Of a stretch of 64,000 nucleotides of DNA, positions 28,359 to 38,244 are shown in pieces. The notes beneath the pieces are model-generated. The model was given only the letters and a program-made list of their open reading frames with translations, was not told where the DNA came from and did no database searches. Origin of the DNA: a virus (lineage: Duplodnaviria > Heunggongvirae > Uroviricota > Caudoviricetes). The translations under genes were made by a program, and so were the position numbers. Position 1 is the first letter of the stretch. Every line of letters begins with the position of its first letter. The stretch is taken from IMG/VR virus record IMGVR_UViG_3300031555_004779; one strand, given 5' to 3'.

Positions 28359-30347
28359 GTGATATACGAAACAGATTTTAAAAGTACAATTGAATCGGCA
28401 TTCCTTGAATATGGTGCTTCTGTCGCACAGGAACGATCTATTCCAGACGTTCGTGATGGACTAAAAATTGGTTTGCGACAGGGCTTGTATTCCCAGTATC
28501 ACGATAAACTTACTCATAAACATAAATTTCAGAAGGCTCAGAAGTCAGTTGCCGCGGCAATGTCGTTATGTTATGTACACGGTGATGCCGCGATGTACGA
28601 TGCTTTTATTCGTTCAGCAAAACCCTGGGCATACCGTTATCCTTTGGAAGAAGCACAAGGTTCCTATGGTTCTCCATGTTCTCCGGATGATCATTCTGCT
28701 CAGCGATACGTTGAAATGCGAAGTGGAGAGTTGGCTGATTACTTCTTTGATGGTTTAAAGAAAAATGCTATTGCTGAATGGTATGATAACTATGATGATA
28801 CAGAAAAGATTCCTTCTGTATTTCCTTCCATTGGATTTTGGAATCTTGTAAATGGTTGTAGTGGTATTGCAGTAGCGATGGCTACCTCTGTGCCGCAGTT
28901 CAATTTGCGAGAAGTAAATAGCGCGCTTGTAAAATTGATTGAAAATCCTAATTGCGATTTCAGTGAGATTTATTGCGCTCCGGATTTTGCAACTGGTGGT
29001 ACAATTACGAATGCCGCGGAAGTTCGTAAAAGTCTTGAAAATGGTAAGGGTTCTTCTATTCGTTTGCGTGCCAATTTAGAGTACGATGCGAAGCAGAATA
29101 TGATTAAGGCAACAGAACTTCCATATAGTGTATATACTAACACTATTATGGAACAGTTGGAAAAACTTACGAATGAAGATGAAAATTATGGTATTGACCG
29201 AGTAGTAGATCATACGAAAGAATACGCCGACATTCGTATCTATCTTTCCAAAACCGCAAATCCTTCTGTAATGATGAAGAAACTTTACAAGGATACTTCT
29301 CTTGAAAACTGGTTTAGTATCAACATGATTATGCTTGACCATGGTCGCTTTCCTCGTGTATTTGGTTGGAAAGATGCTTGTCAGGCTTATATTGAACACA
29401 TTCGTGAATGTAAGACCAGAGAACTTCAATATGAATACGATAGTCTAATGTATAGGAATCATATTCTTGAAGGCTTACTTATCGCCATCGCACACATTGA
29501 CGATGTTATTGCATTAATTAGAAATAGTGAAAGTGCGAATGATGCTAAGTATAAATTGATGAATACCTATAAATTAGATGAGGACCAAGCTAAAGCAATT
29601 TTGGATATTAAACTTCAGCGATTGGCAAAATTAGAAGCGGTCAAAATTAATGACGAACTGGAAAAAAATAGCGTAGAAATTGACCGACTTCACCACATAT
29701 TAAACACACCCCTAGAACTAAATAAGATTCTTATCCAGTGTCTAAATGAAGTCGCAGCAAAGTTCGGTGACAATCGCCGTACGAAAGTTGCTAATATCAT
29801 TGAGGCGGAAGAAGAGGAAGTAGAAGAGTATCCTGTTATGGTACGAGTAGTTGATGGAAATATTTCTATCACTAAAAAGCGTCTAAGTGGCAAAATTATG
29901 GATACTACAAATCTTGGAACTATTATTGGTTTTTCCAATGATGGTAAGATGTATAAAGGTAAAGTAAGTGATATTACCGAAAAACCTTTAAAACTTTCTC
30001 AATTCTTTAAAGTTTCAAACATCATTGATGTAAGGTGTGTGGAAGAATTAAATAAGTATTCGTTTATTTACTTTGGAACTCAGGGTGGTTATATCAAAAA
30101 GTCCAATGTAAAAGATTATAATTTTGGTGGTCGTAATGGCACCAAGTGTCTAAAACTGCGGGCGGATGATAAGGTAGTAAATGTGCTTCTTTCTAATGAT
30201 GAAGGTAATCTTTGTTATTGGGTTGATTTAAACAAACCTTTTATCAAAGTCGTAAAACCTATTAAGCCTACTGGTATTGCCACTATGGGAACTCAAGTAG
30301 AAAAAGAACGGAAAATCCTAACAATAGGAGAAGAAATTACAGTATGA
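28359..30347 (+). CDS. gyrA: Type IIA DNA topoisomerase subunit A (GyrA/ParC-like, short CTD)
   Basis: RSIPDVRDGLK, HGD, SAQRYVE (catalytic Tyr), LVNGCSGIAVAMAT, PDFATGG, QAKAILD. Confidence 0.93.
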   Translation: MIYETDFKSTIESAFLEYGASVAQERSIPDVRDGLKIGLRQGLYSQYHDKLTHKHKFQKAQKSVAAAMSLCYVHGDAAMYDAFIRSAKPWAYRYPLEEAQGSYGSPCSPDDHSAQRYVEMRSGELADYFFDGLKKNAIAEWYDNYDDTEKIPSVFPSIGFWNLVNGCSGIAVAMATSVPQFNLREVNSALVKLIENPNCDFSEIYCAPDFATGGTITNAAEVRKSLENGKGSSIRLRANLEYDAKQNMIKATELPYSVYTNTIMEQLEKLTNEDENYGIDRVVDHTKEYADIRIYLSKTANPSVMMKKLYKDTSLENWFSINMIMLDHGRFPRVFGWKDACQAYIEHIRECKTRELQYEYDSLMYRNHILEGLLIAIAHIDDVIALIRNSESANDAKYKLMNTYKLDEDQAKAILDIKLQRLAKLEAVKINDELEKNSVEIDRLHHILNTPLELNKILIQCLNEVAAKFGDNRRTKVANIIEAEEEEVEEYPVMVRVVDGNISITKKRLSGKIMDTTNLGTIIGFSNDGKMYKGKVSDITEKPLKLSQFFKVSNIIDVRCVEELNKYSFIYFGTQGGYIKKSNVKDYNFGGRNGTKCLKLRADDKVVNVLLSNDEGNLCYWVDLNKPFIKVVKPIKPTGIATMGTQVEKERKILTIGEEITV

Positions 30348-30739
30348 TTAGTGAACAGTATCGTGAACTATTTGCCTTGGTAGCCCGCAATGGTGCTATC
30401 AATGGCGAAAAAGCAATGGATGTATTGAAGAAAAATGACGCCGATGCTGATATTAAGGCGACGGCGGAAATGACTGATAAGTTCCGTGCTCTTGAAGATA
30501 AGATTCGTAATGGCGAAGAACTTAGTGGTCTTGATTATGTTTATCTTTACGCTGGCGCTACCATTAGCCGTGAAATCCTTGCTAAAAATATCAATACTTG
30601 GGCAGCAATTGTCAATGAGTATGATACGAATCTAATCCCTAAACTGTTTGAAATCGCCAAAGAAACTGATGCTGAAAAGCAGGCGAAACTTGTTGAGGAA
30701 AATTTCTCGCAAGAAAAAGTTGACAGTAACGAAAATTAA
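30344..30739 (+). CDS. Hypothetical protein
   Basis: ATGA overlap with gyrA. Confidence 0.7.
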   Translation: MISEQYRELFALVARNGAINGEKAMDVLKKNDADADIKATAEMTDKFRALEDKIRNGEELSGLDYVYLYAGATISREILAKNINTWAAIVNEYDTNLIPKLFEIAKETDAEKQAKLVEENFSQEKVDSNEN

Positions 30740-30748
30740 TGTTATAAT
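30720..30748 (+). promoter_or_regulatory. Sigma70/SigA consensus promoter
   Basis: TTGACA-N17-TATAAT. Confidence 0.8.
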
Positions 30749-30781
30749 ATAACAAAGAAATATCCATTGGAGAATATTATT

Positions 30782-31138
30782 ATGACAGAGAACTCTCAAA
30801 AGGTATTAGATTATTTACAGAAACATCCAGAAAAAGAATTTACAAAGCATGAACTTGTAGAAAAGTTGGATATTTCTATGGCAGCCGTTACTGGTTCAGT
30901 AAATGGTTTGCTACGAAAAGGCTTAGCAGAAGAGCGTTTGGAAGTATTCAAACCTCTAAATGCTGGCGGAAAACCCACTGAAATTCGTTGGGTAAAAATT
31001 AATGAAGCTGGGCTGAAATTTGACCCAGTAGAAGAAGAGCGTAAAATCGCTCGGGAAAAGGCGGAAGCAACCGCTTTAAGAAAACAAGCACGAGCCCAAG
31101 CCAAGTTGGAACGTGCCAAACGAAATGCAGTTTTATAA
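30782..31138 (+). CDS. Winged-helix DNA-binding protein
   Basis: MTENSQKVLDYL...ELVEKLDISMAAVTGSVNGLLRKGL (MarR-like wHTH pattern). Confidence 0.7.
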   Translation: MTENSQKVLDYLQKHPEKEFTKHELVEKLDISMAAVTGSVNGLLRKGLAEERLEVFKPLNAGGKPTEIRWVKINEAGLKFDPVEEERKIAREKAEATALRKQARAQAKLERAKRNAVL

Positions 31139-31166
31139 TGATTAAAAAAGGAGAATGAATTAAATT

Positions 31167-32102
31167 ATGTCTAAGTCTATTAATGTACAGTCTAATAATG
31201 CAGTAACTATTACCGGTAAGCTAAATGATGTTGTAGTTCGTGAGGGTACTTCCAAGAACGGTGGCAAACCTTATCGTGCTGGTACGGTAACTATTCGTGT
31301 AGAGCAGACCTATGGTGGCAAGGGTGAAATCAGTGAAATCCCTGTTCAGTTTATTGCCATGAAGTTTAAGAAGGATGGTACTTCTAATCCTGCTTATGAA
31401 AGTGTAGGTCAGCTAACTTCTCAGTTTAAGTCTATTCAGAATTATGGTTATGATGAAGCTTCTCGTATTCGTGTAGCGGGTAAGAGCGGTAACATCAGTG
31501 AAAATATGTTTGTCGGTCGCGATGGAGAACAGGTAGTTTCTTCTTGGCGCATCAACTCTTCTTTCTTCAATGAAGTTCGTGGCGGCGAAGCTCCTGGCAA
31601 TGCCGATTGCGCCACTTTCAATATGGACATTTTTATTATGGCCATGACTCGTGAAATGACTGCTGAAGGTGAAGAGACTGGTCGTCTAAAGATTCGTGGC
31701 GGCGTAATTCAGTATGGTGGAAAGCTAGATTGTCTTGACTTCTATGTAGAAGACCCCACTGCCGTTGATTACATTGAGCGTAATTGGAATATGAATGATA
31801 CTGTAAATGTTGTCGGTCGTATTCGTTATACTTCTGAAACCGTTACTAATTATCATTCCGACAACGCATGGGGCGAAGCAATTCCTCAGACTACTACTAA
31901 GGTAAAGCGTGAACTAATTATCACTCATGGTTCTGACGAACCCTTTGATGAGGATATGGCTTATGCTCCTGAAGATATTCAGGTAGTAAACGCTGATCGC
32001 AATAACCGTAAGGAACAGCTAAAGATGGAAGCCCGTAGTAAGGCTACCCAGAAGGCTGCGAAGCCCGCTGTTGAAACTGGCAACTATGGTTGGGAAGAAT
32101 AA
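31167..32102 (+). CDS. Probable single-stranded DNA-binding protein (tandem OB-fold type)
   Basis: NNAVTITGKL OB-like start, acidic/aromatic C-terminus (YGWEE), position upstream of the AAA ATPase in the replication block. Confidence 0.6.
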   Translation: MSKSINVQSNNAVTITGKLNDVVVREGTSKNGGKPYRAGTVTIRVEQTYGGKGEISEIPVQFIAMKFKKDGTSNPAYESVGQLTSQFKSIQNYGYDEASRIRVAGKSGNISENMFVGRDGEQVVSSWRINSSFFNEVRGGEAPGNADCATFNMDIFIMAMTREMTAEGEETGRLKIRGGVIQYGGKLDCLDFYVEDPTAVDYIERNWNMNDTVNVVGRIRYTSETVTNYHSDNAWGEAIPQTTTKVKRELIITHGSDEPFDEDMAYAPEDIQVVNADRNNRKEQLKMEARSKATQKAAKPAVETGNYGWEE

Positions 32103-32117
32103 TCTTCCCAACCTTTT
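32088..32117 (+). terminator. Hairpin over SSB stop codon (terminator/attenuator)
   Basis: GGTTGGGAAGA-ATAA-TCTTCCCAACC perfect 11-bp stem followed by TTTT. Confidence 0.65.
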
Positions 32118-32163
32118 ACCCGAAAGGTGTGGTATTGTATTATAAAGTAGGAGATAAATAATT

Positions 32164-33153
32164 ATGGCTGGAATTGATATTTTTAACATTGAACCTTCAA
32201 AAATTTCTAGAGACCTAAAGGGTAAGTACATTCTAATTTACGGTGCTCCCAAGACTGGTAAGTCTACTTTTGGTAGTAAACTTCCTCGTAGTTTGTTCCT
32301 TCAGTTTGAACAGGGTACTAACGCCCTAGATGGTATTCGTGGTGTCCCCATTTTTAAGTGGACTGATATGAAGTCAGTTCTTCGTCAGCTTCGCGATCCT
32401 CGCGCAAAGGATATGTATGATTCCATTGTAGTTGATACTGCTGGTATTGCTTATAATCTTTGTGAACAGTTTGTGTGTCAGCAGAATGGCGTACAGCAGA
32501 TTAGTGAAATTCCTTGGGGCGGCGGTTTTAAGCTGGTGAAGAATGAGTTCCAGGAAACTTGGCGTGAGATTTCTTTGCTTGGCTTTGGTATTCTATTCAT
32601 CGCTCACGAAAAGGAACGTGCTACTGAAATGCGTGATGAGAATGGTGAACAGATTCGCGCCGTAGCTCCTGACCTACCCAGTGCGGCATATAGTATTATC
32701 AATGGTCTCGTTGACATCATCGGGTATCTATCCACTCAGATGAATCAGGATGGTTCAACTAACCGCTATCTATATACTCGCGCTACTCCCAATATCTTCG
32801 CTGGTTCTCGTTATAAGTATATCGCTCCTCGTATTTCTTTCAATCAGGACGGTTATACTGAACTAGTAAATGCTATTGGTGATGCCATTGATAAGCAGGT
32901 AAATGTAGATGGCGCTCAGGCAACTGACAAGACTATTCTTCCTAATTATACCGCTCGTCCTTTTGGCGAAACAATGAATGAAGCCCGTGAATTGTGGCAG
33001 AAGATTATTGAAGTAAAGAGCGACGCTGGCAAGGAAGAAATGAAGAATGCTATTCGTAGAATCTTTGGTCAGGATATCCAGTTGTCTAAGGCAACTGAAG
33101 AACAGCAGGACCTTGTTGAGCTTGTAATTGAAGAGTTTAAGACAATCCTATAA
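32164..33153 (+). CDS. AAA_24/Sak4-like ATPase (recombination/replication)
   Basis: YGAPKTGKST Walker A, FEQG, IVVDT, IPWGGG, FIAHEK, AGSR. Confidence 0.8.
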   Translation: MAGIDIFNIEPSKISRDLKGKYILIYGAPKTGKSTFGSKLPRSLFLQFEQGTNALDGIRGVPIFKWTDMKSVLRQLRDPRAKDMYDSIVVDTAGIAYNLCEQFVCQQNGVQQISEIPWGGGFKLVKNEFQETWREISLLGFGILFIAHEKERATEMRDENGEQIRAVAPDLPSAAYSIINGLVDIIGYLSTQMNQDGSTNRYLYTRATPNIFAGSRYKYIAPRISFNQDGYTELVNAIGDAIDKQVNVDGAQATDKTILPNYTARPFGETMNEARELWQKIIEVKSDAGKEEMKNAIRRIFGQDIQLSKATEEQQDLVELVIEEFKTIL

Positions 33154-33164
33154 ATAAATTACAT

Positions 33165-33193
33165 AGGCTCGGGTTCTTCCCGAGCCTTTATTT
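33165..33193 (+). terminator. Intrinsic terminator
   Basis: AGGCTCGGG-TTCTT-CCCGAGCCT followed by a T-rich tail. Confidence 0.85.
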
Positions 33194-33222
33194 TTGACAT
33201 AAATAAAAATTTGTGATATAAT
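33194..33222 (+). promoter_or_regulatory. Sigma70/SigA consensus promoter
   Basis: TTGACA-N17-TATAAT. Confidence 0.85.
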
Positions 33223-33245
33223 ATTTTTAGAAAGGCGGTTAAAAT

Positions 33246-33734
33246 ATGATTGTCTGTAAAGAGTGTAAACAAACCATAACGCATAATAATTATTATTATG
33301 TAGATATGACAAATGAATATTTATGTTCCGATAAATGTCGGCTTTCTTATGCTAAGAAAGAAAAAGAAAAAGAAGATAAAGAATATTTGTATGAAACAAT
33401 AGAAAGAATATTCAATATTTCTTATCCTAATGTTCAGCAAATGACAGAACTAAAACGTTTTAGAGAAAAAGAAGGAATGACACATAAACAAATTTCTTCT
33501 ATTCTTCACTATATTTATGACGTAAAACAACTAGCACCATATGGATATTCTCTTACATTGGTGCCGCGATATAAAGAAGAGGCAAAAGCGTGGTATTTGG
33601 AAAACCAGCGAAGAGCCCATCAGGCACAAGAAGTTGCTAAAAAAACTCCTGCGATTGGTCGTAGGATTGAAAAGATAAATACAACTCGTGATAAAAAACG
33701 AGGAATACTTGAAATAAACCCAGAAGATGTGTAA
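33246..33734 (+). CDS. Zn-finger hypothetical protein (possible helicase loader/initiator partner)
   Basis: CKEC...CSDKC. Immediately upstream of the helicase. Function is an inference from position. Confidence 0.6.
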   Translation: MIVCKECKQTITHNNYYYVDMTNEYLCSDKCRLSYAKKEKEKEDKEYLYETIERIFNISYPNVQQMTELKRFREKEGMTHKQISSILHYIYDVKQLAPYGYSLTLVPRYKEEAKAWYLENQRRAHQAQEVAKKTPAIGRRIEKINTTRDKKRGILEINPEDV

Positions 33735-33743
33735 AGGAGCGGA

Positions 33744-35330
33744 TTGGTATTGGAACTAAATAATCAAGATTTGTATTGTCAGGTACTTGGCAGTATAATG
33801 AGAGAACCAATTCTTTTACACAATGTTCCGTCTAAAATTACTTTGGATGATTTTCATAATGAAAATAAAGTTTGTAGAGCAATTTTCTTTGCGGTAAATG
33901 GTATTGCAAATGAAGAAGTCAGAAATATTGATTGTAATATGATTATGACTTATTTGGAACAATATCCATCTATTAAGAAAAGTTTTGGCTCAAACGGTCC
34001 CAGCGTAGTTGAGAATTGTCTTGAACGTGGGCATCCCGAAAGTTTCCAAATTTATTACAATCAGTTAAAGAAAACATCCCTTCTTCGTGATTTGTTGAAT
34101 CATGGCTATAATGTAGAACCTTATGATTTTACAAGTTGTCAGGCGGGCAGTCGTAAAGAATTTGAAACGATTCAGCGATTTGAAGAAGCAACAGAAGCAG
34201 ATATTCTTGGATATGTAGAAAAACAGTTTACTGACCTACAAGCAAGACATACTGTAGCTTCTGTTTCACAAGAATATATGGGCGATGGAATTGATGAACT
34301 AATTGCTTCATTAGGTGAATTTTCAGACCAGGGCGCTGAACTTCAGGGGCATATGTTTAATTCTATTGTTCGCGGCGCTCGTTTAGGTACGATGTATATT
34401 CGTTCTGCGGGTACTGGTATTGGTAAGTCAAGATCAAGTGTATTTGATGCTTGCGGTTTGATTTTCCCTATTATTTTTGATACAAAGAAAAATAGTTTTG
34501 TATATATGAAAGATGTTGTTCCTCAGAAAGTTTTGTATATTATGACAGAACAGGTGCCGCGAGAAATTAGAACTATGATTCTTGCGTATGTTTCTGGTAT
34601 TGAGGAAAACAGAATTGTTAGTAATATTTTAACTCCTGCGGAAAGGCAAAGACTTATGATTGCTGCAGAAATTATTAAATATTATAGTAAATATTTGATT
34701 TTTGAAGAAATTAACGACCCGAACTTGAATAACGTTCAGGCTACGATTAAGAAACACGTTCTTCTTGATGATGTTCATTACGTGTTTTATGACTATATTT
34801 TTTCTTCGCCGTCATTGATTAATCAATTTAGTCATGCCGGTATTCGTGAAGATGTTGCTCTAATGTTGTTGGCAAACCAGTTAAAAGAAATTGCGAAAAC
34901 CTATAATGTTTTCATTATGACAAGTACACAGTTGAATGGTGATGGTTTAGCAACAGATGGTAAGCGCCGAGACCAGCGTATGATTCGTGGTTCGAAAGCC
35001 GTTGTAGATAAGGCTGATATTGGTTGTATTATTGCTCGTGTTGAACCAACAGATTTGGAACAAGTTTCTGAATCAGCAAATCGTTGTGGCAAAGCGCCGA
35101 CTCATGTAACAGATATTTATAAAATTCGTAGCGGACGTTTTAAAGGTACTCGTATTTGGTCTTATTATAATCTTGGTAATGGACGAAGAGAAGATTTGTT
35201 TATTACCGATGACAATAATCATGAGATTACTTTTGAATCTTATGAACTTATTTACCCAAACTCTAATTTCTCAGAAGAATGGAGTTTGGAAAAAGTGAAA
35301 GCATATTTAGAAAGGAAAGATGAGTTCTAA
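33744..35330 (+). CDS. dnaB: DnaB-like replicative helicase
   Basis: SAGTGIGKS Walker A, IMTEQ, VFYDYI, LKEIAK, STQLN, IRGSKAVVDKAD, KIRSGR. Confidence 0.88.
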   Translation: MVLELNNQDLYCQVLGSIMREPILLHNVPSKITLDDFHNENKVCRAIFFAVNGIANEEVRNIDCNMIMTYLEQYPSIKKSFGSNGPSVVENCLERGHPESFQIYYNQLKKTSLLRDLLNHGYNVEPYDFTSCQAGSRKEFETIQRFEEATEADILGYVEKQFTDLQARHTVASVSQEYMGDGIDELIASLGEFSDQGAELQGHMFNSIVRGARLGTMYIRSAGTGIGKSRSSVFDACGLIFPIIFDTKKNSFVYMKDVVPQKVLYIMTEQVPREIRTMILAYVSGIEENRIVSNILTPAERQRLMIAAEIIKYYSKYLIFEEINDPNLNNVQATIKKHVLLDDVHYVFYDYIFSSPSLINQFSHAGIREDVALMLLANQLKEIAKTYNVFIMTSTQLNGDGLATDGKRRDQRMIRGSKAVVDKADIGCIIARVEPTDLEQVSESANRCGKAPTHVTDIYKIRSGRFKGTRIWSYYNLGNGRREDLFITDDNNHEITFESYELIYPNSNFSEEWSLEKVKAYLERKDEF

Positions 35331-36436
35331 TGTGTTTTGAAGCAAGTTTCTATGATGATATAGCAATTAAAAATGGCTTAGGCGGCCATAGTCTAGTTGA
35401 AAAACTTACTATGAAAAATGTGGTTACTTTTCTTGAAAGTCTCGGTGTTGAAGATATAGATGAACAAGATGGATATCTTGTTTGTCCTACTATTTGTCAC
35501 AACCCGCTTGATGAAGCAGAAAGTATGAAACTTTATTATTATGATAAAGATAGGCATTTTCATTGTTATACAGAATGTAGTGAAAACTTTAATATTATTG
35601 AGCTGTATAGACGTTATATGGCTATCAATCATTATGAAGTTACTTATTTTGAAGCGGAAGATTACATTCGTCAGTTTGTAACTGATACAGATTTAGAAAT
35701 AGAAACTTATCATAAAAAGGAAAAAGAAGAAAAAACAGAAAAAATTGATTTCATAGATTTACCTGAATATAAACCTTATGTAATGGATTGCTTTATTCCA
35801 TATCGTCATCCACTTTGGTTGCGGGATGGAATTAGCGGTGAATCAATGGATAAATTTAATATTCGTTTTTCTCTTTCTCAAAATAAAATTATAATCCCCC
35901 ATTATGACTTAGAGGGTAAATTGGTCGGTATTCGCGGAAGAGCAATTGAAGAAGAAGATATACAAAAAGGCAAATATCAGCCGGTTCTTTTAGGTGAACA
36001 ATTATATCGCCATCCTCTCGGTTTCAATTTGTATGGAATAAATGAAAATAAAAAAGCAATACAAATGACAAAACGAGCAATCCTTTTTGAAGGAGAGAAA
36101 AGTGTGTTGTTATCTAATAGCTATTATGGAAACTTCAGTACAGCAGTAGCAACATGCGGTTCCCAGTTGAATCGTTTTCAAATCAACTTGCTCGTTAAGA
36201 AATTGGGGGTTACAGAAATTACACTGGCTTTTGACAAAGAATATGATAAACCTTATAGTGAAGAAGGAAAAAAATATCGTCAGAAGCTTATTGATAAATG
36301 TAAAAAATATCAAGGTCTTGCAACCTTTTATTATATTTTTGACGAACACGGGCTTTTGAATAAAAAAGACAGCCCAATTGATAGAGGATTAAAAACTTTT
36401 GAAACCTTATTTAATAAAAGAATAAAAATTGTATGA
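35330..36436 (+). CDS. DNA primase
   Basis: Zn-binding TICHN...FHCYTEC, IIIPHYD...VGIRGR, NLYG, FEGEKS, AFDKE (TOPRIM). Confidence 0.88.
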   Translation: MCFEASFYDDIAIKNGLGGHSLVEKLTMKNVVTFLESLGVEDIDEQDGYLVCPTICHNPLDEAESMKLYYYDKDRHFHCYTECSENFNIIELYRRYMAINHYEVTYFEAEDYIRQFVTDTDLEIETYHKKEKEEKTEKIDFIDLPEYKPYVMDCFIPYRHPLWLRDGISGESMDKFNIRFSLSQNKIIIPHYDLEGKLVGIRGRAIEEEDIQKGKYQPVLLGEQLYRHPLGFNLYGINENKKAIQMTKRAILFEGEKSVLLSNSYYGNFSTAVATCGSQLNRFQINLLVKKLGVTEITLAFDKEYDKPYSEEGKKYRQKLIDKCKKYQGLATFYYIFDEHGLLNKKDSPIDRGLKTFETLFNKRIKIV

Positions 36437-36455
36437 ATGGAGAGATTATTTTCAA

Positions 36456-38189
36456 ATGAAATATAGACTATTACACGAACTACCTCATGACCCTCAAACT
36501 TGCCTAGGATGGCTACTAGATGCCCGTGGCGTTGAAGATATAGAAGGATATGTTTATCCCTCTAAAGAATATGAATTAAGTCCTTATCTACTTGATAATA
36601 TTGATGATGCCGCCCATTCACTACTATGGCATTTGAAGAATGATAATGCTATTCTATTAGTTGTTGATAGTGATGCTGACGGTTTTTGCAGTTCTGCCAT
36701 GATGTATAATTATATGAAGCATTTCTTTCCAAATGCTACAATTGATTATATTTGTCATGAACACAAGGCTCATGGATTAGACGATATTATTAATCAAGTT
36801 CTTGAAAGTGATTATGATTTAATTATTTGTCCTGATGCTTCAAGTTTTGATATTGAAGAACATAAACAATTGAAAGAAAATGGCAAAGAAGTTTTAGTTA
36901 TTGACCACCATGATGCGCCCGAATATAGTAAGTATGCTATTGTAGTAAATAATCAACTTTCAGAAAAGTATACTAATAAAGGATTGTGTGGCGCTGGTGT
37001 TGTTTACAAGTTCCTTCAAGTAATGGATAAATATCTTGAGTCAGAACATGGAAAAGAATATATTGACCTATGCGCGCTTGCTAATATTGCCGATTGTATG
37101 TCTCCAACAAATTTGGAAACGCGATATTATATTACAGAAGGCTTAAAAGAAGAAAATATTAAGAATGGTGGCTTTAAGGCTTTTATTAAAGCACAAGAAT
37201 TTTCTCTAAGTAAAGCCGGTGGAAAAGGCATGGATTATATGAAGGTGGCTTTTTATATTGCGCCACTAATCAATGCTATTACTCGTGTTGGTACAATGGA
37301 TGAAAAAAATATGCTTTTTGAAGCCTTTATTCATCCTGATGATTTGGTTCAAAGTGGTAAGCGAGGAGCCAAGCAAGGTGATATGGAAAAGATCGCTGTT
37401 GAAACTGCACGTCTTGCTACCAACGCTCGCTCTCGCCAGAATAGAATTAAAGATAAGGCAGAGGAACTTTTGGATTACAGGATTCATAAGTTTGATTTGC
37501 TTGAAAATAAAATTATTGTAATTGAAGTATTTGAAGAAGATAAAATCCCACAGGAACTTACTGGTTTGCTTGCTACACAATTTGTAAGTAAATATGGTCG
37601 TCCTTGTATTGTTGTTAGAAAGAATGATAACGGTTTCTTACAGGGTTCTCTGCGCGGCAATGAGAATTTTGAAGAAGTTCCAGATTTTAAATCTTTCTTG
37701 CTAGATAGCGGAATTATGGAATATGTAGAAGGACACCCGAATGCCGCCGGTGTATCTGTTCATGAAAAGAATCTAGACAGCTTATTAACATATGCTAATA
37801 CTCAGATTTCAGACAAAGGTTTGGAAAACGTTTATTCAGTAGATTACATTTTTACCGAAGATGAAAATTTCTCTAACTTGGCTCTAAACCTTGCTAGTGA
37901 TGGAAGCCTTTGGGGAAATGACGTATATGAACCAAAAGTTGTTGTTGAAAATGTTCCAGTAAAAAATCTTTTTATTATGGGAGCAGATAAAAGTAGTGCC
38001 AAATGGACACACAATGGAGTTGAGTATGTTCGTTTCAAGGATACTGATTTTATTGACGAAATTCAACAATATGACCGCTGTGAAATTACTGTTTATGGCA
38101 CAATTGCGGTAAACGAATGGGCTGGTAAGAAAACTCCACAAATTAGAATTGAAGATTGGTCAATTCGTGATACTTCTGATGATTTTTGA
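36456..38189 (+). CDS. recJ: RecJ-like ssDNA exonuclease (DHH family)
   Basis: DSDADG, HGL, IDHH, LCGAGV, APLINA, GSLR, GHPNAAG. Confidence 0.9.
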   Translation: MKYRLLHELPHDPQTCLGWLLDARGVEDIEGYVYPSKEYELSPYLLDNIDDAAHSLLWHLKNDNAILLVVDSDADGFCSSAMMYNYMKHFFPNATIDYICHEHKAHGLDDIINQVLESDYDLIICPDASSFDIEEHKQLKENGKEVLVIDHHDAPEYSKYAIVVNNQLSEKYTNKGLCGAGVVYKFLQVMDKYLESEHGKEYIDLCALANIADCMSPTNLETRYYITEGLKEENIKNGGFKAFIKAQEFSLSKAGGKGMDYMKVAFYIAPLINAITRVGTMDEKNMLFEAFIHPDDLVQSGKRGAKQGDMEKIAVETARLATNARSRQNRIKDKAEELLDYRIHKFDLLENKIIVIEVFEEDKIPQELTGLLATQFVSKYGRPCIVVRKNDNGFLQGSLRGNENFEEVPDFKSFLLDSGIMEYVEGHPNAAGVSVHEKNLDSLLTYANTQISDKGLENVYSVDYIFTEDENFSNLALNLASDGSLWGNDVYEPKVVVENVPVKNLFIMGADKSSAKWTHNGVEYVRFKDTDFIDEIQQYDRCEITVYGTIAVNEWAGKKTPQIRIEDWSIRDTSDDF

Positions 38190-38214
38190 CAAAATTGAAA
38201 TTTTATAATATAAT
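38186..38214 (+). promoter_or_regulatory. Sigma70/SigA consensus promoter
   Basis: TTGACA-N17-TATAAT. Confidence 0.85.
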
Positions 38215-38244
38215 ATAAAAAATAAGAAAGTGAGGAAGATAAGA